A DNA stretch of 64,000 nucleotides from Longimicrobiales bacterium (GTDB lineage: Bacteria; Gemmatimonadota; Gemmatimonadetes; Longimicrobiales; Gaopeijiaceae). A program made the translations under genes and the position numbers. The notes under the pieces are model-generated. The model did not search any database. It was not told the origin of the DNA and saw only the letters and a program-made list of their open reading frames with translations. Where the stretch lies: positions 337,365-401,364 of the forward strand of contig JAWLHJ010000004.1 of assembly GCA_041690395.1 (NCBI GenBank). Reading direction: 5' to 3'. Positions 54,380 through 64,000 of this stretch are shown one piece after another (position 1 is the first letter of the stretch; each line of letters starts with the position of its first letter).

Positions 54380-56101
54380 TCAGTCCTGGACCGTCGTTTC
54401 CTTGACGATTTCCTCGAGCGTGGTCCAGCCCCGCTCGACCTTCTTGAGACCGTCCTCGCGGAGCGTCAGCATGCCTTCATTGCGCGCGAGCTCGCGAAGC
54501 TCGTCGGTTCCCATCTCGTTCATGATCGCTTTGCGGAGCGGCGTGGTCATGATCATGACTTCGTAGATGCCGCACCGGCCCTTGTAGCCGGTACCGCCGC
54601 AATCGTCGCAGCCCGTGCCCTTGTAGAACGTGGTCTTCCCGGCCCAATCCAGCGGAACCTTGGCCGATACGAGGTACTCCTCCTGATACGTCGTCTCGGC
54701 CTTGCAGGTCTTGCAGATACGGCGGGCGAGCCGCTGCGCGGAGACGAGGTTCAGCGCCGAGGCCACGTTGAACGGCTCCAGGCCCATGTCGAGGAGACGC
54801 GTGACCGTTCCGGGACAGTCGTTGGTGTGCAGCGTTGAGAGCACGAGGTGTCCCGTGAGCGCCGCCTTGATGGCGATACCGCCGGTGCCCAGGTCCCGGA
54901 TCTCACCGACCATGATGATGTTCGGGTCCTGCCGCAGGAACGCCTTGAGCGCCGCGGCGAAGTCCAGCCCGATCTCGGAGCGGACCAGCACCTGGTTGAT
55001 CCCGTGGATGTTGTACTCCACAGGATCCTCGGCCGTCATGATGTTCGTGTCGATCGTATTGATCTGCGACAGCGCCGAGTAGAGCGTCGTCGTCTTCCCC
55101 GAGCCGGTCGGCCCCGTGACGAGCACCATGCCGTAGGGCCTCGAGATGGCCCACATGAAGTCCTTCTCGGCCTTGGGCTCGAAGCCGAACGTGGTCAGGT
55201 CGAAGGTCAGGTTCCCCTTGTCGAGGATCCGGAGCACGATCTTCTCGCCGAAGATGACCGGGAGCGTCGACACGCGGAAGTCGACGACCTTGTTCTTCAG
55301 CTTGAGCTTGATGCGCCCGTCCTGAGGGACGCGCCGCTCGGCGATGTTCAGGTCCGCCAGGATCTTGATGCGGGAGGTGAGCGCCGCCTTCATCTTCATG
55401 GGCGGCTTCATGACCTCCTGCAGCGCGCCGTCGATCCGGTAGCGGACCCGCAGCTCCTTCTCGTACGGCTCGATATGGATGTCGGACACGCCCTTGAGGA
55501 CCGCGTCGGTGAGGAGCCCGTTGATGAACTTCACGACCGGCGCGGAGTCGATCTCGGCGGCCAGCGCCGAGTAGTCCTCGTCGTCGTCCTCCTCGATGAC
55601 CTCGACCTCGTCGAAGTCCTCCCACCCGTCGATCAGCTCGTTGATCTGCTCGACTTCGAACGCGCCGTAGTAGTTCTCGAGGTGCTTCCGGAGCGTGTAC
55701 TCGCCCACGATCACCGGCTCGATGTCGAGCTTGGTGATGAACTTCAGGTCGTCGATGGCCGAGAAGTCGGTCGGATTGGTCATCGCGACCGTAAGCGTGC
55801 GCCCGACCCGCCGAAGCGGAAGGACGAGGTGCTTCTGCGCCACGTCGGCGGAGATCAGCTTCAGGATCTTCGGGTCGACGTTGAATTTGTCGAGGTCGAC
55901 CGCGGGCACCCGGTACTGCTTGGCGAGCATGCGGGTGAGTTCCTCCTCGGCCACGAAGCCGAGGTGGACGAGCGCGTACCCGATACGGTGGCCGGTCGCT
56001 TTGGCTTCCGCGAGCCCTTCCTTGAGCTGCGCTTCCGTGATGAGTCCTTCACGGACGAAGAGATCTCCGAGTCGGACTTCCTGGGCGACCTTGGCTGCCA
56101 T
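54380..56101 (-). CDS. pilB: Type IV pilus assembly ATPase
   Basis: N-terminal MshEN-like RLGDLFV, SDIHIEP, GPTGSGKTTT and tetracysteine CKTC...CDDC. Confidence 0.96.
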   Translation of the reverse strand: MAAKVAQEVRLGDLFVREGLITEAQLKEGLAEAKATGHRIGYALVHLGFVAEEELTRMLAKQYRVPAVDLDKFNVDPKILKLISADVAQKHLVLPLRRVGRTLTVAMTNPTDFSAIDDLKFITKLDIEPVIVGEYTLRKHLENYYGAFEVEQINELIDGWEDFDEVEVIEEDDDEDYSALAAEIDSAPVVKFINGLLTDAVLKGVSDIHIEPYEKELRVRYRIDGALQEVMKPPMKMKAALTSRIKILADLNIAERRVPQDGRIKLKLKNKVVDFRVSTLPVIFGEKIVLRILDKGNLTFDLTTFGFEPKAEKDFMWAISRPYGMVLVTGPTGSGKTTTLYSALSQINTIDTNIMTAEDPVEYNIHGINQVLVRSEIGLDFAAALKAFLRQDPNIIMVGEIRDLGTGGIAIKAALTGHLVLSTLHTNDCPGTVTRLLDMGLEPFNVASALNLVSAQRLARRICKTCKAETTYQEEYLVSAKVPLDWAGKTTFYKGTGCDDCGGTGYKGRCGIYEVMIMTTPLRKAIMNEMGTDELRELARNEGMLTLREDGLKKVERGWTTLEEIVKETTVQD

Positions 56102-56220
56102 CAGTGAGCTTTCCCCTTGAGCCGGGACGTGGGAGGCGACGGCACGTCACATGAGTTTCAAAACTACGGGTCCCCCCCGGCACTCTACAAGCTTCCCATT
56201 CTCCTCGTGGTGCCCGCGGC

Positions 56221-56859
56221 TCAGAAGCCACCGGACACTCGGACGCTTCCACGCATGCGTTCGAGGGTCGCCGGCCCGATACCGGGAACACGAAGAAGAT
56301 CGTCAATCGACGTAAACATACGTTTTCTGCGCTCCGCGAGAATGCGCTCGGCGAGCGCCGGACCGATGCCGGGCAACCCCTGCAGCTCCTCCGGGCCCGC
56401 CCGGTTGACGTCGACCGTCGCGGCGGGCACCGCCCGCGAGGCGGCAGTCGCCGTCGCCCGTGCCGGAGGTCGGTCGAGGTCGAGCAGCCCCTCGAGCCGC
56501 TCGACGGTCGCCGGCCCGATGCCGCGCACATGAGTCAGATCGTCCGGCCTACGGAACACGGTGCCCTCCTCCCGCGCACGCACGATGGCCCGGGCCGTCG
56601 CGGCGCCGACGCCCGGCAGCCGGTCGAGCTGGACTTCGTCCGCACGGTTTGGGTCGATCCTCTCCCCCTCCCCCAGCGGCTCCGAGCGGGCCTGCGCCTC
56701 GTCCGCCGCAACCCGGCTGTCCTCCAGCAGCTCTTCCAACACGTCGTCACCCGCGGGGCTCGCCGCGGGCTCGGCCCGCGCCCAGGCCCATCGGGCCGAG
56801 CTCACCAGTAACAGGATCACCACGGCCCGCTTGAGGGCCCGAGCCTCCGCGTCGTGCAT
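56221..56859 (-). CDS. comEA: ComEA-family DNA-binding protein with duplicated HhH domains
   Basis: N-terminal TM helix and two units: IDPNRA..LPGVG..GIGPAT and VDVNRA..LPGIGP..GIGPAT. Confidence 0.88.
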   Translation of the reverse strand: MHDAEARALKRAVVILLLVSSARWAWARAEPAASPAGDDVLEELLEDSRVAADEAQARSEPLGEGERIDPNRADEVQLDRLPGVGAATARAIVRAREEGTVFRRPDDLTHVRGIGPATVERLEGLLDLDRPPARATATAASRAVPAATVDVNRAGPEELQGLPGIGPALAERILAERRKRMFTSIDDLLRVPGIGPATLERMRGSVRVSGGF

Positions 56860-56955
56860 GGCGGAACGATGGCGGGGCGGGCCGGGCGGCGGGATGCCGG
56901 AACGGGACGGGACGGGACGTCCGGACTCAGGGCTCCGGATGGCCCGCCGCCCACC

Positions 56956-59900
56956 TCAGGGCGTGGGGAACGAGCCCGCCGAGAACTCGAGCTGACCGAA
57001 CACGCCGAGCTGCAGCTGGGTCGAGCCGGTCCGGAGCCCCACGAACGACTGGCGGTCGTCGAAGCTGAGCTGCATCCCTACCTGGAAGTCGCCCACGGCG
57101 GTGTCGACGGAAACGCTCAGCGTCCGGCGGATCTGGTCGACGAACGCCACGCATCCCTCCCCCGCACGCGTGATGCGGCAGCTCCGCTCGGAGACGTACC
57201 CGGCGAGGATGGACAGGTCGATGGGGCGGTCGAGGCGACCGGCGAGCGGGCCGGCCGGGTCCCAGCGGCTCCGCACGGAGAGCCGGTGCGTGACCTCTTC
57301 GAGCTCCGTGTCTCCCGTCGGGTCGATGCCCCGTCCGGTACGCACGGCCCCCTGGTACGCGGTGACGAGCGTGCCGAGCCATTGCAGCGTCAGGTCGAAC
57401 GGGACCCGCAGGTCCTCGTCCTCGGACCGCCTCGTCGAGATCCCGCCGAGCTCGGTGTGGCGCACGGTACGCTGTACGCCCGACGTGAGCGTCAGCGTCC
57501 GCATCCCGGTGAACTCGGGGAGGCCGACCGAGGGGAGGCGGGCCTGGACGTTCGGCCAGGTCCGCTGGTGCAGCCGACGGTCGCTCCGGACGTCGAGCGT
57601 GGTCGCGTCGACGATGGCGTATCCGACCTGGAGCGAGGCGGCCCGCGGCAGGTTGAGCCCCGTGCCGAGCGTCCAACTCTGGCGGTCGGTCCAGATCGCG
57701 GCGGTATCCCCTTCGATGACGCGGAACGATTCCTGACCCGCCCAGCCCACCTGATATCCGAAGCCCGGGTCCACGGCCTCACGGCTGAAGCGGGACGTGA
57801 CGCCGTCGCGGTAGGCCGCGGTGAACGGCCGGAGCGCGCCAAGCATGGAGCGGAGCTGGGTCAGATCGTCGGGCTCCCCCGGCGCAGCTTCGCCGAGCCA
57901 GGTGCGCGCGAACTGGCCGGGATCGAGCGCGAGCGACACGCCCCAGTCGCGCTGGCCGCGGGCGTCACGAGCGAGCGCGAGGGCCGTGTCGCCCTCGGTG
58001 ACGGAGCGCGCCAGGAGGTTGGCGCTCCGGTCGGACCGGTAGGTGGTCGTCCAATCGAAATCGTTACGCAGGAACGACACGAACTGCGGGGTGAATCCGA
58101 GCCGGGTACGGATCGTGCGCCCGGTCTCCCAGCCGAGATCGACGCCGGCCGGGCGCGCCCGCTGGCCCCGGAGCAGCGCCTGAACCGCCGGATCGCTCAC
58201 CGCGTCGTCGGCCCCGAGGAGGTCGCGCTCCGACGAGAAGGTGAGCTCGGCGCGGAGCGGAGGAATCGGACGGAGGCGGACGTCCGCCACGCTCCCCAGG
58301 CTTTCGCGTGGCACCAGGGTCGGGAGCGTTCCCGGGTCGTCGGGGCGCTCCACGATCCGCTCGAACCGGAAGATCCGGTCGTCCTGCCGCAGATACGATG
58401 CGCCGATCGACACACGCTCCGGGGTCAGCCGGAGCGGGGTGTCGACCACGCGGTCCTCCAGAAAGCCCGGAAGCAGACCGCGCAGGAAGTCCTTCGCGAA
58501 GTCGGGCACGAGATCGACCTCGCGGGGGGCTGGCTCCCGTGCCCACGCGACCCCCGCGTCCGTGCTTCTGGACGAGTACCGTGACGCGATCGTCGACCCG
58601 CTCGACCGCGTGTAGGCCGCCCGGGCGCTCAGCCCGTCCACGAAGAAGCCCGCCAGCGGATCGGCAGCGGGCGTGCGGCGGCGGAACGCGACCCCCACCC
58701 GCGTCCGGCGGGACGAGGTCTCACGGAGGTCCACGAGCCGGTCCGCCCGCAGGTCCGACCCTTCCAGGAAGCGCGGCGCCTGGCTCGTGCGGTTCACGTC
58801 GAGCGTCACAGGCACCTCGACGCCCCAGTCGCTCGGCATCATCCGGTCGAGCGCCAGCGTCGAGCGGAGATCGATCGAGCGGTCGGTCTGGTACGACGCC
58901 TCCTGCCGGAGCTGACGGAAGTCCGCGCCCCGGTTGGTCACGCTGAGCCGCGTGTTCAGCGCGCCCCCTCCGTCGAGCACGACATCGACCGATCCCGCCA
59001 CGCCCGCCGTCCGCACGGGATCCCCCAGACGCAGCTCGTCGATCCACACTTCACCCGAGATCGGAGCGTCCCCCTCGTTCCAGACGCCCAGGGACAGCTC
59101 GCGGACCGCCGCCAGGTTCGGGGCGCGGCCGCGGTCCTTCAACGACACCGCGTAGGTCGAGTCGGCCGACCACACCATGACGGCCGGGTCGCCGGGCCCC
59201 CGCGGATCGTCGAGCAGGATCTCCTCGGCGCGCTGCCGCAGCGCGAACCACGCGTCGAACTGGACGCGGATCTCGGGGAGCCAGTCCGCTGGCTCGACCC
59301 CGCCGGCCGTCGCGGAGCCGGGGAGGCGCGTGCGGTACAGATAGAAGTTGTCCGGGTCGTTGCCGACCTTGAAGAAGAAGGTCTGGGGGCGTTCCGGACC
59401 GAAGTCGCCCTCCCGCGCCACGACCCAGAGCCGCGCCTGCCGGTACGAGAGGAAGCTGCGTGGGCGCTGCGGGAAGCGCTGGTAGACCTCGGCGCGCGAC
59501 CCGGGGGCGAGATCCTCGAACGCCAGGCCGAGCGACTTCTCGTTGAACTCGATCCCCTGCCCCGCGAAGGCGCTGGTCGGGTCGACGAGCTCCTCGAGCA
59601 CGCCAGGCGGCGAGTTGTACGCCGCGCCCTCGGTCAGCCGTGAGACCGCAGACACCTCCACGCGCCCGGCGATGCCCAACGTGTCGCCGCCGATCCCCGC
59701 GAACACGCCCTCGCCCCCACGCTTGATCCACCGGGAGCCGACGAGGCGCATGCGTGCCAGCCGCACCTGCCGCCCCGACGGACCGACCGCGGTGATCCGC
59801 AGGTGGCGTACGGCCCGGAGATCCGCGTCACCCACGGCCCCGCCCACCTCGATGCCGCCGTCCCGGATGGGGATGCGGTACAGCTCGAAGCCGAGCGGCG

Positions 59901-62900
59901 AGCCCGTCTCGGCGGCCGAGCGCGCCAGGTACGGGGACGTGCCGTCCAGGGTCAGCACGTAGCGCAGATGACGCTCCGCTGTGTCGAGGATGCCGTCCTG
60001 GTCGAGGTCCTCCGAGTCCGGGCGGCCGTTGCCGCGGGTGCACACGCTCCGCGGATCGCCGATGCGGTAGATCCGGCCGCGCTCGGCCACGCACGGCTCG
60101 GCCCACACCCCGAGCTCGTCGGCCGCGTCGTTCCAGAGCTCGCCCCGGGCGGGGTCGGCCTCCTGGTCGAGGATGCCGAGGCCCCAGGGGCGGCCGCCGG
60201 CCCGGGTGCCCGAGGTGTTGCCGTTCGCGTCGACGAAGAACGCGTCCTCACTGACCGTTCCGAGGTCCAGCACCAGCCGCACGTCGTCGCCCGCGGCCAC
60301 GTAAACCTCCAGGAACTCGGTGCGGGTGAGGTCGAGCCCCTGGGTGGAGAGCCCCGTCGTGATCGATCGCCACCCCAGCGACCCTCCACCGAGCGGGCCG
60401 TCCAGGTCGAGGAGCAGTCCCTGCTCCCGCGTCTCGGCGCCCGCGACCCGGATCTGCCGGTCGATGTCCTCCCGAGCGAAGTATCCCTCGTGGATACCGA
60501 GGCTGTCGCCTCCCGGGCCCTCCACGATCCACTGGGTCTGCCACGTCATGGGCGCGGCCGTGGTGGCGTCGAGCACCCCGGGGAGCACACCCTCGGCTCC
60601 GTCCTGGAACGTCGGCGCGCTGCCGAGATTCCAGCTCGACGCGACGAGCGACACGGGGAGCGCCTGCGCCGCGTCGAAGTCGTCGACGAAGGCGCGGCCG
60701 TCGGTGTTCGGGTTGGGCATGGAGACCGCCAGCTCCCCATCGATGTCGAGCGACGTCACGCCCTCGAGGCGGAGGCCGGGCACGACGTCGAGCACGCGGT
60801 CCATCCAGGAGAGGGTGGTCCCATACGTCGCCGTTACCCCTCCGAGCAGCGCCGCGCCGGGCTCGGTCCCGAGCACCGGACGTCGCACGACGGAGCGCTC
60901 GGAGCGATACAACCCCAGCACGTCGAAGCCTCCGGAGCCGCCGAGGTCGGTGTGCGTCCGGAATCCGAAGACCTGGGTCGGTGACACCTCGAAGAGCGAG
61001 CGCTGCTCCCAGGACGCCCGCACGGACGCGGTCGGATCGGTCGCGAAGAGCGCCTCGGCGTCGAGGAGCACCACCTGCCCCACGTCGTAGTCGATCTCGT
61101 AGTCGAGCCCGGGGGTCAGCACCCGGTCGCCGAGCGTGATCCGCTCGCTTCCCTCACGGATGCCGAAGGCGCCGAGGGAGAACGACGAGATGACGCCGGT
61201 CGACTCGAGGCGGTAGGCGATGGTCAGCCGGAAGCGCCCCGCGTTCTCACGCTCGAACGGGTCTTCGTCCTCGTAGATGCGCGGGTTCGCGTCGTCGGCC
61301 AGGATGGCGGCCACCTCCCCGTCGGAGAGCCCGAGCGACGGAATCGGCGGCGGCTGGGCGAACGGACGCAGCGTCGGAAAGACCACGAACGTCCCCTGCA
61401 CCGGATCGTTGTCGGCCAGGCTGAAGAGGTCCCCGCCCGGCTGGTAGACGAACGACGGGTCGATGCGGTCGAGCGGCGCCTCCTCGTCGAGGCCGAAGAG
61501 CCGCAGGAAGGTGAGGCCCTCCCCCGACGGCCGCCGCTTGAACGTCCGGCCCTGGGCCAGCTCGCCGATGGAGACCGTCAGGTCGACCGAGGACGGGTCG
61601 ACGTCCGGCGATCCCGACACCCGGTAGACCTGGTGCATCTCCAGGTCCCACGTGGGGAGCCCCGGCCGGTGGTTCGCGCCGCTCGCCTTGAGGAGCCGGA
61701 GCGTCGGGCGCTCGCCGCGGTTCGCGATCCGCTCCGGGTTGTAGTCCCCCACCGTGTCGCCGACGGCGGTCACGTAGGTGACGGCCAGCATCTCCTCGGG
61801 GCGGAGGGGGGTGCGCAGCGCCACCCACAGACCGCTCGGGTGCACGTAGTAGTCGACGCCGGGCTGCAGGTAGCGGAACCAGCCGGCCTCGCTCACCGTG
61901 TCGGTCGCGCTCTCCGCGACGGCATCGGCCTGAATGAAGCCCTCGACCTGCGACTGCAGCACGGCGTCGTTCTCGAAGCGGTAGAGCTGCACCGGATTGT
62001 TTCCGGGCGCCACGTCGGGGGGCGCGGAGGCCGGATCGAGCGACAGCACGTCCACGTGCGGATACCGGTCGAGGGCCGACGGGTCGAAGAGGAAGAAGAA
62101 CTGGCCCCGCGCGTAGTCGGCGTCGTCGAGCACGAGGGTGTCCTGCTGCACGAAGCCGCGCTGGTCGCCGATGCCGCTCAGCTGAAAGACGCGCGAGTTG
62201 AGGTCGCCCCGCTGCTGCGCCCACACGGTCTGGAAGTCGACCGGCCCGAACTGGCCCTCCGCCTGGAATCCGAAGTTCCCCGCCGGGAGCCCCTCGGTGA
62301 GGAAGCGCGAGCGGGGGAGGCGGAAGGTCACGTCGCCGACCTCGAGGCGCCGCAGGATGTCGTCCTCGCCCCCTTCGTAGAAGATGTTGATGCGGTTCGC
62401 TGCGTCGAACTCCCGCGCCTGGTCGAAGTCCACGTCGACCCGCACCCGCTCGGCGATCGTCCCGTCGAGCTGGACACCGAAGAGGAACTCGGGGCTCAGC
62501 TGCGGGATCAGCGACGAGGTACAGCTCGCCTTGAACTGCACATCGCACGGCTCGAAGCGCGCCCAGTCACCGCCGAGCTCCATGCGGCTCCGGACCCGCA
62601 TGGCCAGGTCGGCGAAGTCGGTGACGAAGCGGTCGTCGTCGGGCGCCAGAACGCGGGGCGCGACGACCGGAGCCGGCGGCAGGAAGCGGGCGGTATCCGG
62701 GATCGGTGGACCGAACGTCGCCACGCGCCACCTGAGGGCGTCGGAGAGCCAGGGGTCGGGCCGGAAGGCCGGTCCCTCGACGACCCGCGCCTCCGCCCTC
62801 CGTCCGACGCCCTCGACCGACACGGGGATCCTCCGGAGACCCAGCCGCACGCTCGGCTCCCCGGGCGCGGCCGACAGCCCGCTCACGACCGCGGCCGGAG

Positions 62901-63039
62901 GCCGGTCGAGCGCCGGACGCAGGATCGTGTCGGCGACGGGCACCGCCACACCCGGGGGCGCGTGTCCGCCGAGCGCGACCGTGCCGGCGAGCGGGGGGAC
63001 GCTCACGCACAGGAGAAGGAGGGAGAGTCGGGCAGTCAC
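56956..63039 (-). CDS. SprA/Sov-like giant outer-membrane protein
   Basis: 2027 aa with signal peptide. NIFYEGGEDDILRRLEVGDV, GNFGFQA, GSERI...DYEIDYDVG, VDDFD, SEDLD and VWIDELRL are recalled as SprA-type motifs; long beta-strand C-terminal region. Confidence 0.8.
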   Translation of the reverse strand: MTARLSLLLLCVSVPPLAGTVALGGHAPPGVAVPVADTILRPALDRPPAAVVSGLSAAPGEPSVRLGLRRIPVSVEGVGRRAEARVVEGPAFRPDPWLSDALRWRVATFGPPIPDTARFLPPAPVVAPRVLAPDDDRFVTDFADLAMRVRSRMELGGDWARFEPCDVQFKASCTSSLIPQLSPEFLFGVQLDGTIAERVRVDVDFDQAREFDAANRINIFYEGGEDDILRRLEVGDVTFRLPRSRFLTEGLPAGNFGFQAEGQFGPVDFQTVWAQQRGDLNSRVFQLSGIGDQRGFVQQDTLVLDDADYARGQFFFLFDPSALDRYPHVDVLSLDPASAPPDVAPGNNPVQLYRFENDAVLQSQVEGFIQADAVAESATDTVSEAGWFRYLQPGVDYYVHPSGLWVALRTPLRPEEMLAVTYVTAVGDTVGDYNPERIANRGERPTLRLLKASGANHRPGLPTWDLEMHQVYRVSGSPDVDPSSVDLTVSIGELAQGRTFKRRPSGEGLTFLRLFGLDEEAPLDRIDPSFVYQPGGDLFSLADNDPVQGTFVVFPTLRPFAQPPPIPSLGLSDGEVAAILADDANPRIYEDEDPFERENAGRFRLTIAYRLESTGVISSFSLGAFGIREGSERITLGDRVLTPGLDYEIDYDVGQVVLLDAEALFATDPTASVRASWEQRSLFEVSPTQVFGFRTHTDLGGSGGFDVLGLYRSERSVVRRPVLGTEPGAALLGGVTATYGTTLSWMDRVLDVVPGLRLEGVTSLDIDGELAVSMPNPNTDGRAFVDDFDAAQALPVSLVASSWNLGSAPTFQDGAEGVLPGVLDATTAAPMTWQTQWIVEGPGGDSLGIHEGYFAREDIDRQIRVAGAETREQGLLLDLDGPLGGGSLGWRSITTGLSTQGLDLTRTEFLEVYVAAGDDVRLVLDLGTVSEDAFFVDANGNTSGTRAGGRPWGLGILDQEADPARGELWNDAADELGVWAEPCVAERGRIYRIGDPRSVCTRGNGRPDSEDLDQDGILDTAERHLRYVLTLDGTSPYLARSAAETGSPLGFELYRIPIRDGGIEVGGAVGDADLRAVRHLRITAVGPSGRQVRLARMRLVGSRWIKRGGEGVFAGIGGDTLGIAGRVEVSAVSRLTEGAAYNSPPGVLEELVDPTSAFAGQGIEFNEKSLGLAFEDLAPGSRAEVYQRFPQRPRSFLSYRQARLWVVAREGDFGPERPQTFFFKVGNDPDNFYLYRTRLPGSATAGGVEPADWLPEIRVQFDAWFALRQRAEEILLDDPRGPGDPAVMVWSADSTYAVSLKDRGRAPNLAAVRELSLGVWNEGDAPISGEVWIDELRLGDPVRTAGVAGSVDVVLDGGGALNTRLSVTNRGADFRQLRQEASYQTDRSIDLRSTLALDRMMPSDWGVEVPVTLDVNRTSQAPRFLEGSDLRADRLVDLRETSSRRTRVGVAFRRRTPAADPLAGFFVDGLSARAAYTRSSGSTIASRYSSRSTDAGVAWAREPAPREVDLVPDFAKDFLRGLLPGFLEDRVVDTPLRLTPERVSIGASYLRQDDRIFRFERIVERPDDPGTLPTLVPRESLGSVADVRLRPIPPLRAELTFSSERDLLGADDAVSDPAVQALLRGQRARPAGVDLGWETGRTIRTRLGFTPQFVSFLRNDFDWTTTYRSDRSANLLARSVTEGDTALALARDARGQRDWGVSLALDPGQFARTWLGEAAPGEPDDLTQLRSMLGALRPFTAAYRDGVTSRFSREAVDPGFGYQVGWAGQESFRVIEGDTAAIWTDRQSWTLGTGLNLPRAASLQVGYAIVDATTLDVRSDRRLHQRTWPNVQARLPSVGLPEFTGMRTLTLTSGVQRTVRHTELGGISTRRSEDEDLRVPFDLTLQWLGTLVTAYQGAVRTGRGIDPTGDTELEEVTHRLSVRSRWDPAGPLAGRLDRPIDLSILAGYVSERSCRITRAGEGCVAFVDQIRRTLSVSVDTAVGDFQVGMQLSFDDRQSFVGLRTGSTQLQLGVFGQLEFSAGSFPTP

Positions 63040-63165
63040 ACGAATCGCGTCAGCGGTTGAACCGTCGGCACACGGTCGGGGTACGGGAGCGACCGAAGCC
63101 GCTCGCGCCGACCCCCGGGGCGCCCGAGCACCAGATCATTCCAGCAGGGATCCACAGACGCAGCC

Positions 63166-64000
63166 ATGCGCCTCAGCGTGCTCACCAGGTACCTGATCCG
63201 GATCCATGTAGGTCCGTTCCTGTTCGCCCTGTGCACGATCACGGGGATGATCTTCCTGAACGCGGTGGCGCAGCGGGTGAACGACCTCGTCGGCAAGGGG
63301 CTGCCCCTGCAGGTGATCGCCGAGTTCCTGGTGCTGTCGTTACCCCACACGATCGCCTTGTCGCTCCCGATGTCCGTGTTGGTCGCCGTCCTCTACGCGT
63401 TCAGCGAGATGACCTCGGCCAACGAGATCACCGCGATGTCGGCGGGGGGCATCCGCCCGAGCCGTGTCCTCGGTCCATTGCTGGTGATGGGCACGCTCGC
63501 GACCGGGGTCATGCTCTACTTCAACGATCGAGTGCTCCCCGAGTCGAACCACGCGCTAAAGAACCTGCTGCTCGACATCGGTCGCAAGAGCCCGACCCTG
63601 GATCTCCAGGAACAGGTGGTGAACGAGATCGCCACCGACGAGGGCTCCGAACGCTACTTCCTCACCGCCGCGCGCATCGACCCGGGGACGAACACCCTGC
63701 ACGACGTCACCATCTTCGACGCGAACGATCCGCAGCGCCAACGCACGACGTACGCGGCCCGCGGCCAGATGGCGTTCAACGACGCGCGCACCGACCTCTT
63801 CCTCACGCTGTACGACGGGGTCGTCCACGAGGTGCAGTCCGAGCGCATCGGGGGATTCCAGCGGGTCTTCTTCGACCAGCAGATCGTCCCGCTCAGGGAG
63901 GTCGGCAACGAGCTCGAGCGCCGGCTGGGGGGGTCCGACCGCTCCGACCGAGAGATGGGCTTCGCGCTCCTCTCGGAGAACGCGAACCGGCGGCGGGCCG
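63166..64000 (+). CDS. LptF/LptG family permease, runs off the right edge
   Basis: Not in the ORF track. Manual translation gives MRLSVLTRYLIRIHVGPFLFAL...LPHTIALSLPMSVLVAVL...NEITAMSAGGI. Confidence 0.9.
   Translation, partial: MRLSVLTRYLIRIHVGPFLFALCTITGMIFLNAVAQRVNDLVGKGLPLQVIAEFLVLSLPHTIALSLPMSVLVAVLYAFSEMTSANEITAMSAGGIRPSRVLGPLLVMGTLATGVMLYFNDRVLPESNHALKNLLLDIGRKSPTLDLQEQVVNEIATDEGSERYFLTAARIDPGTNTLHDVTIFDANDPQRQRTTYAARGQMAFNDARTDLFLTLYDGVVHEVQSERIGGFQRVFFDQQIVPLREVGNELERRLGGSDRSDREMGFALLSENANRRRA

Noticed and set aside
56903..56918. Short (CGGGA)x3 run between comEA and the sprA-like gene
   Set aside because: Too short, and compatible with chance in GC-rich intergenic DNA.

Overview
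High-GC bacterial chromosomal window. The gene content (pilB-pilT-pilC, comEA, a SprA-like giant beta-barrel, lptF/G, sahR-ahcY) suggests Gemmatimonadota/Longimicrobiales; this is inference, not a computed assignment. No rRNA, tRNA, CRISPR array, integrase or transposase was seen. Left to right: GT2 (partial), a PilS/PilR-like two-component pair, flavin reductase, LysM peptidase, SOD, DNA polymerase IV, BtpA, AGCS symporter, desaturase and sahR-ahcY. Next is an uncharacterised envelope redox locus (Met-rich helical protein, beta-barrel, cytochrome c/beta-barrel fusion, pentaheme cytochrome) facing a P-type ATPase / NOX-like ferric reductase / cytochrome c operon. A metal/peroxide block follows: a TonB receptor with a CxxC plug behind a double DtxR/MntR-like operator, TlpA, furA-katG and ZIP. 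Then come a Pcm-erythromycin esterase fusion with an unknown partner, a complete N-ATPase operon beside a scar with two decayed genes, DinB/MFS/EamA/MocR genes, TetR-NmrA, nirK (axial Met replaced by Gly) with nsrR and a perfect NsrR-type box, TetR-lactonase, the type IV pilus motor genes, comEA, the sprA-like gene and lptF/G (partial). The best candidate for an undescribed system is the cytochrome-porin/multiheme/flavocytochrome locus at 14.2-23.1 kb.
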